A stretch of 64,000 nt of DNA from an uncultured Alphaproteobacteria bacterium (GTDB taxonomy: Bacteria > Pseudomonadota > Alphaproteobacteria > Rhizobiales > Xanthobacteraceae), in NCBI GenBank assembly GCA_963764445.1, contig CAVXSV010000004.1, positions 133,534 through 197,533 of the forward strand, in the 5' to 3' direction. The notes below the pieces were generated by a model. That model was given only the letters and a program-made list of their open reading frames with translations, was not told the origin of the DNA and ran no database searches. Below are positions 19,092 through 31,463 of this stretch, piece after piece (positions within the stretch are counted from its first letter, which is position 1; every line of letters starts with the position of its first letter). Both the position numbers and the translations under genes were made by a program.

Positions 19092-20393
19092 TTGATTCGT
19101 TGGCGAGCCGCACAAATCACATCGTTTTGCTGGGGATCGCATCGCTATGCGCCGCAGCACTATTCACTTCCCGGCACGGTTCTGCCTGCTGCCGGGAACG
19201 AACTTGTTCGCCCTGTGGTTGCGGGTGATTTTCCGGTCGCCTCCGAGGTGCGGCTCGCAGGTGACGCAAAACAGACCCGATTCATTCTCGATCTCGACAG
19301 AAAGGTTGATGTTCACGCCTTCCTGCTGGCTGATCCTTATCGGGTCGTCATCGATATCCCGCAGGTCAGTTTCCACCTTGCGCCCGAGGCGGGCAGCACC
19401 GGACGCGGCCTGATCAAGACGTTCCGCTACGGGCTGGCGATGCCGGGCGGATCGCGGATCGTGTTCGATCTCGCGGGCCCCGCGACGATCGAAAAGGCCT
19501 ACGTGCTCGATGCCGCGAACGGTCAGCCGCCCCGCATGGTGGTCGAACTGGAGGCTGTCGATCGTGCTTCATTCAATCGCTCGTTGGCAGCTTCGAGCAG
19601 TTCTGAACTGCGACAGGGCGACGACTTCCCGACGGCCGTCGCCGATGCGACCGGGTCGACCGGGTCCACTGCACCGCCGCCGGATGCGCGTCCCGTGGTC
19701 GTGATCGATCCGGGTCACGGGGGAATCGATAACGGAACCCAGGCTTCAACGGGCGAAGCGGAAAAGAATCTGGTGCTGGCCTTTGCTCTGGCCTTGCGCG
19801 ACGGTATCGAGAACGGCGGCAAATACCGCGTTGTCATGACGCGAACAGACGACACCTTCATCCCGCTGGCCGACCGTGTTCGCGTCGCCCGAAACAACGG
19901 CGCTGCGCTGTTCGTGTCGATCCATGCGGACGCCTTGCCGCGCCGCGAGGGCGATGCCCGTGGCGCGACAATTTACACGCTGTCCGACAAGGCGTCGGAC
20001 GCAGAGGCGGAGCGGCTGGCGGAGGCCGAAAACAAGGCTGACGCGATCGGAGGTGTCAATCTGACCGAAGAGCCGACCGATGTCGCCGACATTCTGATCG
20101 ATCTTGCACAGCGGGAAACACGCACGTTTTCAAACCGCTTTGCCCGCCTGTTGATGAGTGAGATGAAAACCACTGCGCAGATGCACAAGCACCCGCTGAA
20201 GTCGGCAGGCTTCCAGAGTGCTGAAGGCGCCGGACGTGCCGTCGGTATTGGTCGAACTCGGTTTCGTTTCGAACAAGGCCGATCTCCGCCAGATGACATC
20301 GGAAGGCTGGCGTCCAAGACGGTCCGTTCGGTTGCCAAGGCCGTTGAGGTGTTTCTTGCAAAAAGGGTGGTCTCGGCTGCGCCAGAACACTGA
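19092..20393 (+). CDS. amiC: N-acetylmuramoyl-L-alanine amidase (AMIN + amidase_3; indels near 20215 and 20310; start uncertain)
   Basis: IDPGHGGID, FVSIHAD, and VLKAPDVPSVLVELGF in a second frame. Confidence 0.92.
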   Translation: MIRWRAAQITSFCWGSHRYAPQHYSLPGTVLPAAGNELVRPVVAGDFPVASEVRLAGDAKQTRFILDLDRKVDVHAFLLADPYRVVIDIPQVSFHLAPEAGSTGRGLIKTFRYGLAMPGGSRIVFDLAGPATIEKAYVLDAANGQPPRMVVELEAVDRASFNRSLAASSSSELRQGDDFPTAVADATGSTGSTAPPPDARPVVVIDPGHGGIDNGTQASTGEAEKNLVLAFALALRDGIENGGKYRVVMTRTDDTFIPLADRVRVARNNGAALFVSIHADALPRREGDARGATIYTLSDKASDAEAERLAEAENKADAIGGVNLTEEPTDVADILIDLAQRETRTFSNRFARLLMSEMKTTAQMHKHPLKSAGFQSAEGAGRAVGIGRTRFRFEQGRSPPDDIGRLASKTVRSVAKAVEVFLAKRVVSAAPEH

Positions 20394-20580
20394 AAACGAG
20401 TTAGCTTCAGAGGCCAAAGCCCTAGTTTGGCCACAGCAGCCGCTCTATAGAAAAGTTGTCGCAAGATTCGCGGTATCGGACAAAATCAGAAGTCCATACC
20501 GGCGGATGCTTCGACGAACGATATGGCCCACAGACGAGCTGTTTATCTCGCGGCGCAGAGAATGAAACGGACACTCTATA

Positions 20581-23068
20581 ATGCGCTTGCTGCTGCGGTT
20601 AATGGGTTTTCTGTTTGCAGCGGGAACCATCTGTATTTTTGGTCGGCGTCGCGGCCACGGCGGGGTTGATCTGGCATTTTTCTAAAGATCTGCCGGAGTA
20701 TTCTCAGCTTCAGGATTATGAGCCGCCTGTCATGACGCGTGTCCATGCGTCGGACGGTTCGCTGCTTGGCGAATACTCGAGGGAACGCCGGCTCTATTTG
20801 CCGATTCAGGCAGTTCCGAAGCTGGTGATCAACGCGTTCCTCGCGGCGGAAGACAAAAATTTCTACGAACACGGCGGCATCGACTACTTCGGCATGGGCC
20901 GCGCGGCGTGGCTTTATGCTCAGAATTTCGGGTCCAACAAGCGGCCGCAGGGTGCCTCCACGATCACCCAGCAGGTTGCCAAGAACTTCCTGCTGACCAA
21001 TGAGGTGTCCTTCACCCGCAAGATCAAGGAAGCGCTGCTCGCGATGCGTATCGAGCGCGCCTACTCGAAGGACAAGATCCTCGAGCTGTATTTGAACGAA
21101 ATCTATCTTGGCCTCGGCGCTTACGGCATCGCCGCTGCGTCGCTGGTGTACTTCGACAAGTCGGTCAATGAACTGACGGTCGCCGAGGCGGCCTATCTGG
21201 CGGCGTTGCCGAAGGCGCCTTCGACACTGCATCCGGTCAAGAACCACGATCGGGCAATCGAGCGGCGCAACTACGTCATCGACCGGCTGCTGGAGAATGG
21301 CTGGATCAAGCAGGCGGACGCCGACAAGGCGCGGAAGGATCCGCTGGTCGTCACCAATCGCGCCGCCGGAGCCCATACTTTCGCCGGCGAGTATTTTGCC
21401 GAGGAAGTCCGGCGCGACCTGTTTGAACGCTACGGCGAAAAGAAGCTCTATGAGGGCGGTCTATCGGTCCGGACGACGCTCGATCCGAAACTGCAGGTGA
21501 TCGCGCGCAAGACCATGGCCAACGGCCTCGTGACTTACGACGAAGCGCAGGGCTGGCGCGGCGCGATGAGCAAGCTCGATATCTCGGGCGACTGGGGCTT
21601 CAAACTCGCCGACGTCAAATCGCTGGCTGACATTTCGCCTTGGCGGATGGCGGTGGTGCTCGAATTGAATGACCAGTCTGCGCGCATCGGCTTTCAACCT
21701 GGCCGCGAGCTTGGCGGCGCCGTCAGCAAGGAGCGGCAAACGGGCTTGATCACGCTCGAAGGGGTGAAGTGGGCAAAAGCCACTTCCGGGCCGACGCGAG
21801 GCCGGGCGCCGACAAAGGTGTCCCAAGTACTCTCGCCCGGCGACGTGATTTATGCCGATCCGCTGATCGGCAAGGACGGCAACGCCGTCGAGGGCGAATA
21901 CCGGCTGCGGCAACTGCCCGAAGTATCCGGCGCGATGGTGGCGATGGATCCGTTGACCGGCCGTGTACTGGCAATGGTCGGCGGCTTCTCATTCGATCAG
22001 AGCCAGTTCAACCGCGCGACACAGGCCTACCGGCAGCCGGGCTCCTCGTTCAAGCCGATCGTCTACTCCTCGGCGCTCGACAATGGATATACGCCGTCGA
22101 CTGTTGTCGTCGATGCGCCGATCGAGATCGATCAGGGGCAGGGCTCCGATGTGTGGCGTCCGGAAAACTACTCGAAGGAAAAATATTACGGGCCTCAAAC
22201 GCTGCGAAATGCGCTGCGACTCTCGCTCAACACCGTGACGGTCCGGCTGGCGCAAGATATCGGCATGCCCCTGATCGGCGAATACGCCAAACGCTTCGGC
22301 GTCTACGACGAACTGCCGAACTATCTCTCCTACGCGCTGGGAGCGGGCGAGACCACGGTGATGCGTATGGTGACCGCGTATTCGATGTTCGACAATGGCG
22401 GCAGACGCGTGAAGCCGACCTTGATCGACCGCATTCAGGATCGCTACGGCCACACCATCTACAAGCACGACGCACGCGAGTGTCGCGGGTGCGATGCCCC
22501 GGAAGGCTGGAAGAACCAGCCAGAGCCTCAGTTGATCGATCACCGCGAGCAGGTGCTGGATTCGATGACGGCCTATCAGATCACCTCGATGATGGAGGGC
22601 GTGGTTCAGGCCGGCACCGCCACCGTCATGCGCGAGGTCGGCAAGCCGATAGCGGGCAAGACCGGCACCACTAACGATCAGAAGGACGCCTGGTTCATCG
22701 GATTCTCGCCGGACCTCGTGATCGGCGTCTACATGGGCTACGACAAGCCACGAAATCTCGGCCGTACCGCAACCGGAGGACATCTGGCGGCACCGATTGC
22801 GCGTGACTTCATGAAGCTCGCGCTTTCAGATAAACCGGCCATTCCGTTCCGCGTTCCCTCCGGCATTAAGCTGGTCCGCGTCGATGCCAAGAGTGGTATG
22901 CGCGCGGGACCTGGCGATACCGGCAAGACCATCCTCGAAGCTTTCAAGCCCGGCACCGCGCCGCCCGACAATTACGCCGTAATCGGTGTGGCGGACCAGG
23001 ACGGGCGCCAGCCGCCGCCCGATGCCGACCGCAGCCTGTTCCGGCCCGGGACCGGCGGGTTGTACTAG
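20581..23068 (+). CDS. mrcA: Penicillin-binding protein 1A (indel near 20632)
   Basis: AAEDKNF, GASTITQQVAKN, RQPGSSFKP, GKTGTT. Confidence 0.96.
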
Positions 23069-23206
23069 CGGGCACCAGTTTGGGAGCAGAATACGCGCAA
23101 ATTATTGAGAGCACGGAAAATGCTCGACGCGATTGCGCTCTGCGACGGTCGCGGCTACACCACCTGCTATCGTTGAACGACGGCGTGAGCCGCGGACAGA
23201 GGGCCT

Positions 23207-24338
23207 ATGCGCGCTGAAATCGAACGACTCGTCGAAGAGATCAAGCAGTCGGTCGGGCTGCTGAGGAGGCATCTTTGACGTCGATGCATCGACCGCGCGC
23301 CTCGCGGAGCTGAACAAGCTCGCCGAAGACCCCGATCTGTGGAACGATCCCCAGAAGGCCCAGAAGCTGATGCAGGAGCGGACCTCGCTGGAGGATTCGC
23401 TGACCGGCATCGGCAGGGTCGAGCGTGAGCTCGAGGACCAGATAGGCATGATCGAACTCGGCGAGGCCGAGGATGATCAGGCTGTGGTCAGCGAGGCTGA
23501 GGCCGCGCTGAAAAATCTCAAAAAGGAAGTCGCCCGCCGCGAGCTCGAGGCGTTGCTCTCCGGGGAGGCGGATCGGTTCAATTCCTACCTCGAGGTTCAC
23601 GCCGGCGCCGGCGGTACCGAAAGCCAGGATTGGGCTTCGATGTTGCTGCGAATGTATACGCGCTGGGCGGAGAAGCACGGTTTCAAGATCGAATACCTTG
23701 AAGAAACCCAGGGCGAAGAAGCCGGCATCAAATCCGCGACGATCCAGATCAGTGGACATAATGCCTATGGATGGCTCAAGACGGAGGCGGGCGTCCATCG
23801 TCTTGTGAGAATCTCGCCGTTTGATTCCAACGCGCGGCGGCATACGTCGTTTTCGAGTGTCGCGATTTTCCCTGTCGTCGACGACAGCATCAAGATCGAC
23901 ATCAAGGAGGCCGACGTCCGCACCGACACCATGCGCTCCGGCGGCGCCGGCGGTCAGCACGTCAACAAGACCGAGTCCGCAGTGCGCCTCACGCACATTC
24001 CGACCGGGGTTGCGGTGGTATGTCAGGCCGGGCGTTCGCAACACAAGAACAAGGCGCAGGCATGGGACATGCTGCGCGCGCGACTTTATGAAATCGAACT
24101 GAAGAAGCGCGAAGAGCAGGCCGCTGCGGATCAGGCTGCTAAGACCGATATCGGCTGGGGCCATCAGATCAGGTCCTACGTCCTGCAGCCCTACCAGATG
24201 GTGAAGGACCTCCGTACCGGGGTGCAAACGTCGGACACCTCGGGCGTGCTCGACGGCGACCTCGATGAATTCATGGCGGCTACGCTGGCGCAGAAAGCCT
24301 TTGGCACCACGCCCGGTGCCGTCGAAGACGTGGATTAG
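23207..24338 (+). CDS. prfB: Peptide chain release factor 2 with programmed +1 frameshift
   Basis: AGGAGG (23264-69) then in-frame CTT-TGA-C (23273-79); SPF and GGQ motifs. Confidence 0.98.
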
Positions 24339-24779
24339 CCAATCGCGAGCCTCGGTTTCATTGGCCCTGGCGCTTGGACTGGCCCGCATCTAGCAGTTTG
24401 CTTGGTGGGTTCAATTAAATCATGAAATGAACCTCTGACAACGGCGCTTTTGAATCTAAAAATACGCAAAAATCATGGAGTTGCTAGTGTTTTTTGATTT
24501 CCAGATTTGCGTCAAAAATCTGTAAGAGTGGGCACAAAAGATGTCTGCACCACGGATGAGGACCGCGTGGTTCAATTCGGCCATAGTTCCAATCCAGAAC
24601 GTCAAGTGTGGCCCCAATGCCCCAGCCAGAGAGTTTCGGCCGAGATCGCACGCGGCGGGGTTCCGCAGCGCCATGACGACGAATATGCTTGCGCCGGGAT
24701 ACTGACTTGGGACAGGGCGATCCGGCGCTGAGGCGTAAGCCTCAGTGGTGTCGGGTAAAAGAAGAATGGATTTCCGCGG

Positions 24780-26177
24780 ATGGTTGGTGTGAGACTACTG
24801 GCCGGGGCAGCCGCGCTGGCTCTTGCGACTGCATGGTCGGGGGCGGCGACACCGGTTCTCGCCGACACGATCGAGGCAGCGCTGGTCCGCGCCTACCAGA
24901 ACAATCCGCAGCTTAACGCGCAACGCGCGTCAGTGCGCGCCACCGACGAGAACGTGCCACAAGCCTTGTCGGGCTATCGCCCCAAAGTCTCCGTGACCGC
25001 GAGTGGCGGCTACCAATATACGGATTCCACGCAGGGTGTCACAGGCGGCTTAGCACAGGGAATTCATGGCGCGCAGGCGCCGGCGTCCGTTGGTGCCACA
25101 GTTTCGCAGACTCTTTTCAACGGCTTCCAGACCGCCAACAGGACGCGCGCGGCGGAAGGACAGGTGTCGGCGTCGCGCGAAGGTCTGCGGGTTCTCGAAC
25201 AGACCCTGCTGCTCTCAGCTTCGACCGTCTACATGGATTATCTGCGTGACTCCGCCATCGTGGAGGTCCAGCGCAGCAACGTGCGCGTGCTGGAGCAGAC
25301 GCTAAAGCAGACCCAGGACCGTTTCAACGTCGGCGAGGTTACCCGTACCGACGTTGCGCAGTCGGAAGCCCAACTCGCTGCCGGTCGCACCCAGCTTTTG
25401 ACGGCCGAATCCACTCTTACGACCACGCGTGCGAATTTCCGCCGCATCATCGGCAACGAGCCGAGTCAACTGGCGCCGGGTTCCCCCGTCGATCGTTTCC
25501 TGCCAGGAACGATTGCCGGCGCCGTGGATCTCGGCCTCACCCAAAATCCCAATGTGACAGCGGCGATGTTCGGCATCGACGTCAGCCATCTGCAGGTCAG
25601 GGTCGCCGAGGGTGCGCTGTTCCCGACTGTGACTCTCCAGGCCAATGTGCAACAGGCCTATCAGCAGCAGCTTACAATACAGAAACAGTTCTTTGCATCC
25701 GCGGTCGCGCAGGTGACGGTGCCGATCTATCAGGGCGGCGCGGAGTATTCGCTGATCCGCCAGTCGAAGGAAACTCTGGCGCAGCAGCGCCTCACCCTTG
25801 AGCAGGTTCGCGATCAGACGCGCGCCAGCGTGGTGCAGGCGTGGGGACAGCTTATCGCGGGGAAGTCGCAGGTGGCTTCAGCGCAAGCCCAGGTCACGGC
25901 GTCCGAAATCGCGCTCAACGGCGTGCGCGAGGAAGCCAAGGCCGGACAGCGCACCACGCTCGACGTGCTGAACGCGCAGCAGGCACTGGTCAACGCACGT
26001 GTCGCGCTGGTGACGGCGCAACACGATCGTGTCGTTGCGTCCTATGCCGTGCTGAACGCGGTCGGGCGATTGTCGCCGCAGGTGCTGAAACTCAACACGA
26101 CGGTCTACGATCCGAGCGTCCACTATCATCAGGTTCGTGATAGCTGGGTCGGCGTGCGCACGCCGGACGGTCGCTGA
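24780..26177 (+). CDS. tolC: TolC-family outer membrane protein
   Basis: Signal peptide, NNPQL, RFNVGEVTRTDV, GQRTTLDVLNAQ. Confidence 0.93.
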   Translation: MVGVRLLAGAAALALATAWSGAATPVLADTIEAALVRAYQNNPQLNAQRASVRATDENVPQALSGYRPKVSVTASGGYQYTDSTQGVTGGLAQGIHGAQAPASVGATVSQTLFNGFQTANRTRAAEGQVSASREGLRVLEQTLLLSASTVYMDYLRDSAIVEVQRSNVRVLEQTLKQTQDRFNVGEVTRTDVAQSEAQLAAGRTQLLTAESTLTTTRANFRRIIGNEPSQLAPGSPVDRFLPGTIAGAVDLGLTQNPNVTAAMFGIDVSHLQVRVAEGALFPTVTLQANVQQAYQQQLTIQKQFFASAVAQVTVPIYQGGAEYSLIRQSKETLAQQRLTLEQVRDQTRASVVQAWGQLIAGKSQVASAQAQVTASEIALNGVREEAKAGQRTTLDVLNAQQALVNARVALVTAQHDRVVASYAVLNAVGRLSPQVLKLNTTVYDPSVHYHQVRDSWVGVRTPDGR

Positions 26178-26479
26178 TCGCGGCCAACGTTACGAAGGGC
26201 TATGTCCACAGCCCTTTGCTTGCAATCAATTGTTGCCGTGACATACCCTTGCATGGGGTCACGAAGCGATTCGGGGGTTATCCGGCGTTGATTGGCGTTG
26301 CGGCAGGAGTCCGGCGGAGAATCGATCGGCGCCGCTACCGGCAGCGCCTGATCTGGGGACAAATCGGACTGCGATCAAAATCCGCACCTGTATCTGGAAC
26401 CGGAAAATCCTCTGTCGCTTGATGCTCTGTCGTTTGATTTCAGGACGCTGACGAGAGCCTTGAAGATGTGGAGTTGGAC

Positions 26480-27208
26480 ATGACGCAACCTGCAAAGGTC
26501 CAAGAACCCTCGATGGAGGAGATTCTGGCGTCGATCCGCCGCATCATCGCCGACGACGATGCAAAGCCCGCGGCGGCTGAAAAGGCAGCGGCTTCCGATG
26601 CACCAGTTGCAAAACCCCAGGCGCTTCCTCCCGCCTCCAAGCCGGCGCCTGCGAAGCCTGTTGCAATGACCGGCGTTCCTCCGTCCGTGATCGCGCCGAA
26701 GCCTGCCGCCAGCGCGGCGCCCGCAGCAGCTGCCAGCAACAGTCAGGATGACATCGATGCGATGCTTGCGAGCCTTGACGCCGCAACCACGGAGGACGAG
26801 GTCCGCCCGGCTCAGGCAGACGAGGTGTTCGAACTGACGGACGAGATGGCGCTTCCCGATCCGGCGCAGGCCGCTTTCCAGAAAGTCGAGCCGCAGGATG
26901 ATCTGGAATTCGCGGAGACGCCACCGCCGCCGGCGGCCCGGCCGCGTCTGGCCACTGTCGATCGACCAACCTTTCCGGATGTCGCGCCGGCAGCGCAAAT
27001 TCTGTCGCATTCGACAGTTTCGGCGGTCGAAACTGCCTTCAATACGCTTGCCAACACGGTTTTGAGCAACAACGCCCGCACCCTCGAAGATCTCGTCAAG
27101 GAGATGCTGTGTCCGATGCTGAAATCCTGGCTCGACGATAACCTGCCAGGTGTAGTCGAGCGGATCGTGAAGGCTGAAATCGAGCGGGTTTCGCGCGGGC
27201 GCTCCTGA
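26480..27208 (+). CDS. popZ: Pole-organizing protein PopZ (DUF2497)
   Basis: EPSMEEILASIRRII, Pro/acidic linker, WLDDNLP..VERIVKAEIER. Confidence 0.95.
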   Translation: MTQPAKVQEPSMEEILASIRRIIADDDAKPAAAEKAAASDAPVAKPQALPPASKPAPAKPVAMTGVPPSVIAPKPAASAAPAAAASNSQDDIDAMLASLDAATTEDEVRPAQADEVFELTDEMALPDPAQAAFQKVEPQDDLEFAETPPPPAARPRLATVDRPTFPDVAPAAQILSHSTVSAVETAFNTLANTVLSNNARTLEDLVKEMLCPMLKSWLDDNLPGVVERIVKAEIERVSRGRS

Positions 27209-27241
27209 CTCATTTTCTGAGTGGATCGCCGCCCTTCGCAT

Positions 27242-27271
27242 CAGGGCTGGTATTTGCAGGGCTGGTATTTG
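27242..27271. repeat. Perfect 15-bp tandem duplication CAGGGCTGGTATTTG x2
   Basis: Read directly; popZ-valS spacer. Confidence 0.85.
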
Positions 27272-27396
27272 CGGCCTTCGCCCGGTTTATTCACCCATCG
27301 TGTTGACTTGGCGTGCGCCGAAAGGCTTTTACGCGGTCAGACGCCTTTCATTTCCGCGAACTCGCCTGAAACGGCACCGACTGTGATTGCATTGCC

Positions 27397-30261
27397 ATGA
27401 TCGAAAAAACCTATCAGCCCGCCGATATCGAAGGCCGCATGTCCGCAGTCTGGGAAGATGCAGGCGCGTTCAAGGCCGGACGGGCGGACCGCCGCAACGC
27501 TGAGCCGTTCACGATCGTGATTCCGCCGCCGAACGTCACCGGTTCGTTGCATATGGGTCACGCGCTCAACAACACGCTGCAGGATGTGCTGTGCCGCTTC
27601 GAGCGGATGCGCGGCCGCGACGTGCTGTGGCAACCCGGCACCGATCACGCCGGCATCGCGACCCAGATGGTTGTCGAGCGGCAATTGATGGAGCGGCAGG
27701 AGCCCGGCCGCCGCGACATGGGACGCGCGAAATTCCTGGAACGCGTCTGGCAGTGGAAGGCCGAAAGCGGCGGTGTCATCGTCAATCAATTGAAGCGACT
27801 CGGTGCGTCGTGCGACTGGTCTCGTGAACGCTTCACCATGGACGAAGGCCTGTCGCGCGCGGTTGCCAAGGTGTTCGTCGAACTTCATCGCGATGGCCTG
27901 ATCTACAAGGACAAGCGTCTCGTCAACTGGGATCCGAAACTGCTCACCGCCATCTCCGATCTCGAGGTGCAGCAGATCGAGGTCAAGGGCAGCCTATGGC
28001 ACCTGCGCTACCCGCTCGAAGGCAAGACCTTCAATCCGGACGATCCCTCGACCTATATCGTTGTCGCCACCACGCGTCCGGAAACCATGCTCGGCGATAC
28101 CGCAGTCGCCGTGCACCCTGAAAACGAAAAGCTCGGACACCTCATCGGGAGCCACGTGATCTTGCCGTTGGTCGGCCGGCGCATTCCCATCGTCGGCGAC
28201 GACTACGCGGACCCCGAAAAGGGCACGGGCGCGGTCAAGATCACGCCCGCGCATGATTTCAACGATTTTGAAGTCGGCAAGCGCCATGGCCTTCCGCAGA
28301 TCGGCGTGCTCGACCGGGAAGGGCGGCTCATGCTGTCCGCAAACGAGGACTATCTGCGCGGCCTTCCCGAGGGCGCGCTGATGCTGGCCGAGGAATTGGA
28401 CGGCCTCGACCGCTTTGTCGCGCGCAAGAGCATTGTCGCACGGCTTGAAGATTTCGGGTTCCTCGACATGATCGAGCCGAACACGCACATGGTGCCGCAT
28501 GGCGACCGCTCCGGCGTCGTCATCGAGCCTTACCTGACGGATCAATGGTACGTCGACGCCAAGACGCTGGCGCAGCCGGCGATGTCGGCGGTGCGCTCGG
28601 GTGCGACGACGTTCGTACCGAAGAACTGGGAAAAGACCTACTTCGAGTGGATGGAGAACATCCAGCCATGGTGCATTTCGCGCCAACTCTGGTGGGGTCA
28701 TCAGATTCCGGCCTGGTATGGTCCGGATGGCAAGGTGTTCGTCGCGGAGACAGAGGACGAAGCGGTCGGCAACGCGCTCGGTTATTACGTCGAGCAGGGT
28801 ATCATCACGGCGGAGCAGGGCGCCGAGATGGCGCGCGATCCGGCCAAGCGCGAGGGATTCATCACGCGCGACGAGGACGTGCTCGACACCTGGTTCTCCT
28901 CGGCGCTGTGGCCATTCTCGACGCTCGGCTGGCCGGACGAGACGCCGGAGGTGAAGCGCTACTATCCGACCAACGTGCTGGTCACCGGCTTCGACATCAT
29001 CTTCTTCTGGGTCGCCCGGATGATGATGATGGGCCTCCACTTCATGAAAGAAGCGCCGTTCTCGACGATCTACATTCACGCGCTCGTCCGCGACGAGAAG
29101 GGCGCCAAGATGTCGAAGTCGAAGGGCAACGTCATCGATCCCCTGCATCTGATCGACGATTACGGCGCCGATGCATTGCGCTTCACGCTCGCCGCGATGG
29201 CGGCGCAGGGCCGCGACATCAAACTGGCGCCGCAGCGGGTCGAGGGTTATCGCAACTTTGCAACGAAGCTCTGGAACGCCTGCCGCTTCGCGGAAATGAA
29301 TGACTGTGTGCTTCCTGCGCAGTTTGATCCGACCGTTGCAAAAGAAACACTCAACCGCTGGATCGTTCATGAGACCGCGCACGCGACCCGCGAGGTCACC
29401 GACGCCATTGAAGCCTATCGCTTCAACGATGCCGCCGGGACGATCTATCGTTTCGTCTGGAACGTTTATTGCGACTGGTATCTTGAACTCGCAAAGCCCG
29501 TGATGATGGGCGAGGACAATTCTGCCAAGGCCGAGACCCGCGCCATGGTGGCGTGGGCGCGCGACGAAATCCTGAAGCTCCTGCATCCGTTCATGCCGTT
29601 CCTCACCGAGGAATTGTGGGCGGTGACATCGGCGCGGCCGCAACTGCTGGCGCTGACTCCATGGCCGATCAAGGCCGGTCTCACCGGCGAGCAGCAGGCG
29701 CTGATCGCGGCGGCCGCCTGCGATCCCTTCGCCGCGTCAGTGCTGCTTGCCGATCCGTCGGAGCCGTATTTCCGCGACGACGCGGCGGAGGCCGAGATCG
29801 GCTGGGTGGTCGATCTCGTGACTGCTATCCGCTCTATCCGCGCGGAAATGAATATTCCGCCCGCAACGCTGACGCCGTTGGTGCTCGCAGGTGTATCCGC
29901 CGAGAGCAAGGCACGGGCGCTGCGCTGGAGCGACGTCGTCAAGCGACTATCCCGGCTCGCAGACATATCGTTCGCGGACCGCGCACCGGAAGGCACCGTG
30001 CAATTGCTGGTCCGTGGCGAAATCGCCGCGCTGCCGTTGAAAGGCGTCATCGATTTTGCCGCCGAGCGCGCGCGCCTCGACAAGGAAATTGCCAAAGCCG
30101 ACGCCGACATCAAGCGGGTCGACTCCAAGCTTGCCAACGAGAAATTCGTCGCCAACGCGCCTGAAGAGATTGTCGAGGAAGAGAAGGAAAAGCGCGAAGC
30201 CGCCGTTGCGCGCAAGGCGAAATTCATCGACGCGCTGGAGCGCCTGAAAGCGGCTGAGTGA
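27397..30261 (+). CDS. valS: Valine--tRNA ligase
   Basis: [29 protein letters not shown]. Confidence 0.99.
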   Translation: MIEKTYQPADIEGRMSAVWEDAGAFKAGRADRRNAEPFTIVIPPPNVTGSLHMGHALNNTLQDVLCRFERMRGRDVLWQPGTDHAGIATQMVVERQLMERQEPGRRDMGRAKFLERVWQWKAESGGVIVNQLKRLGASCDWSRERFTMDEGLSRAVAKVFVELHRDGLIYKDKRLVNWDPKLLTAISDLEVQQIEVKGSLWHLRYPLEGKTFNPDDPSTYIVVATTRPETMLGDTAVAVHPENEKLGHLIGSHVILPLVGRRIPIVGDDYADPEKGTGAVKITPAHDFNDFEVGKRHGLPQIGVLDREGRLMLSANEDYLRGLPEGALMLAEELDGLDRFVARKSIVARLEDFGFLDMIEPNTHMVPHGDRSGVVIEPYLTDQWYVDAKTLAQPAMSAVRSGATTFVPKNWEKTYFEWMENIQPWCISRQLWWGHQIPAWYGPDGKVFVAETEDEAVGNALGYYVEQGIITAEQGAEMARDPAKREGFITRDEDVLDTWFSSALWPFSTLGWPDETPEVKRYYPTNVLVTGFDIIFFWVARMMMMGLHFMKEAPFSTIYIHALVRDEKGAKMSKSKGNVIDPLHLIDDYGADALRFTLAAMAAQGRDIKLAPQRVEGYRNFATKLWNACRFAEMNDCVLPAQFDPTVAKETLNRWIVHETAHATREVTDAIEAYRFNDAAGTIYRFVWNVYCDWYLELAKPVMMGEDNSAKAETRAMVAWARDEILKLLHPFMPFLTEELWAVTSARPQLLALTPWPIKAGLTGEQQALIAAAACDPFAASVLLADPSEPYFRDDAAEAEIGWVVDLVTAIRSIRAEMNIPPATLTPLVLAGVSAESKARALRWSDVVKRLSRLADISFADRAPEGTVQLLVRGEIAALPLKGVIDFAAERARLDKEIAKADADIKRVDSKLANEKFVANAPEEIVEEEKEKREAAVARKAKFIDALERLKAAE

Positions 30262-31463
30262 CCACTGCACCATCGTCATCGTTGCGCCCGTTGAGCCTGC
30301 TCTGGCTTGGGGGCATAGGGCTGCGGCTGGCGATCCTTGGCGTGCCGCCGGTTCTGGCGATCATCATTTCGGATCTTGCGCTGTCCGGAACCGCGGTCGG
30401 GATACTCAACGCCATTCCGGTCAGCCTGTTTGCGCTGATCGCGGTCCCGGGATCGCTGCTGATCGCACGCGTCGGCGCCGTCAAGGCACTCGTGGTCGGT
30501 CTCTTGATTGCCACAGTCGGATCTGCGCTGCGCGGCTTCGCCATCGACGCCATGACCCTTTTCGCCGCGACCACGCTCATGGCGGCGGGCGTGGCCGTGA
30601 TGCAGCCGGCGTTGCCGCCGCTGGTGCGACAATGGGTGCCGCGCAGGATCGGTTTCGCTACGGCCGTCTACACCAATGGCTTGCTGTGCGGCGAAATCTT
30701 TCCCGTGGTGCTCGCAGCCGTCATCGTGCCCTTGCTGGGCGGCGGCTGGCGCGCGAGCCTTGAAGTCTGGTCCGTCGTGTCGGCGGCGATCGCGCTGATC
30801 ATCTTCGCTGCGCGGCCGAGCGGAGAGGGTGTCGCGGTTCAGCATCGCCGCTGGATGCCGGACTGGCGCGATCCCCTGCTTTGGAAGGTCGGGCTCGTCG
30901 CGGCCGCAAACAATCAACTTTATTTCTGCACGAACGCATTCCTGCCTGGCCTGCTGCTGCAAACCGGCCATACCGAGTTGATCAGCCCGGCGCTGTCGGC
31001 GCTCAATGTCGGGCAATTGCCGGGATCCTTTCTCTTGCTGATTGCCGCAAGCCGCCTGGAGCGGCGAAAATGGCCACTCATCCTGACCGGTTTTTTTGGC
31101 GTGCTCGGCACCGTGGGCGTCGCGACCACCACGAACCTGTGGGGAATCGTATGCGCGGCAGCGCTGGTGGGCTTCACCTGCGCCATCGGCCTGACTCTTG
31201 TGCTGACGCTGCCGGCGCTGCTGGTCGCTCCCGACGACGTGCCGCGCATGTCGGCCGGTATCTTCACCATCGGCTACGGCATTGCGATGCTGATCTCCAT
31301 CATCAGCGGCATGGTTTGGGATATCACGGGGAATGCCGCCTTCGCATTCGTGCCGATCGGTCTTGCTATCGTGCCGATGATCGTGATCCCGCTGGCAATC
31401 GATCTCAGGAGCCCAGCGGTCCTGAACGGCTTGCTGAGAAATTTCGATCCCTTCAATCCGTAG
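30258..31463 (+). CDS. MFS transporter (CynX-like)
   Basis: About 12 hydrophobic segments; GTGA overlap with the valS stop. Confidence 0.85.
   Translation: MTTAPSSSLRPLSLLWLGGIGLRLAILGVPPVLAIIISDLALSGTAVGILNAIPVSLFALIAVPGSLLIARVGAVKALVVGLLIATVGSALRGFAIDAMTLFAATTLMAAGVAVMQPALPPLVRQWVPRRIGFATAVYTNGLLCGEIFPVVLAAVIVPLLGGGWRASLEVWSVVSAAIALIIFAARPSGEGVAVQHRRWMPDWRDPLLWKVGLVAAANNQLYFCTNAFLPGLLLQTGHTELISPALSALNVGQLPGSFLLLIAASRLERRKWPLILTGFFGVLGTVGVATTTNLWGIVCAAALVGFTCAIGLTLVLTLPALLVAPDDVPRMSAGIFTIGYGIAMLISIISGMVWDITGNAAFAFVPIGLAIVPMIVIPLAIDLRSPAVLNGLLRNFDPFNP

Noticed and set aside
24780-26177. TolC as a dedicated exporter for the GG peptides
   Set aside because: 16 kb away and in its usual core position before popZ-valS; it could serve in trans but nothing here links them.
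27994-29643. Long antisense ORFs opposite valS (likewise opposite prfB, SSADH, ntrY, MFS)
   Set aside because: Shadow ORFs expected from high-GC codon bias; no motifs.
31274-31463. Long convergent overlap of mpg and the MFS gene as antisense regulation
   Set aside because: Both 3' ends depend on uncertain bases in an indel-rich assembly.
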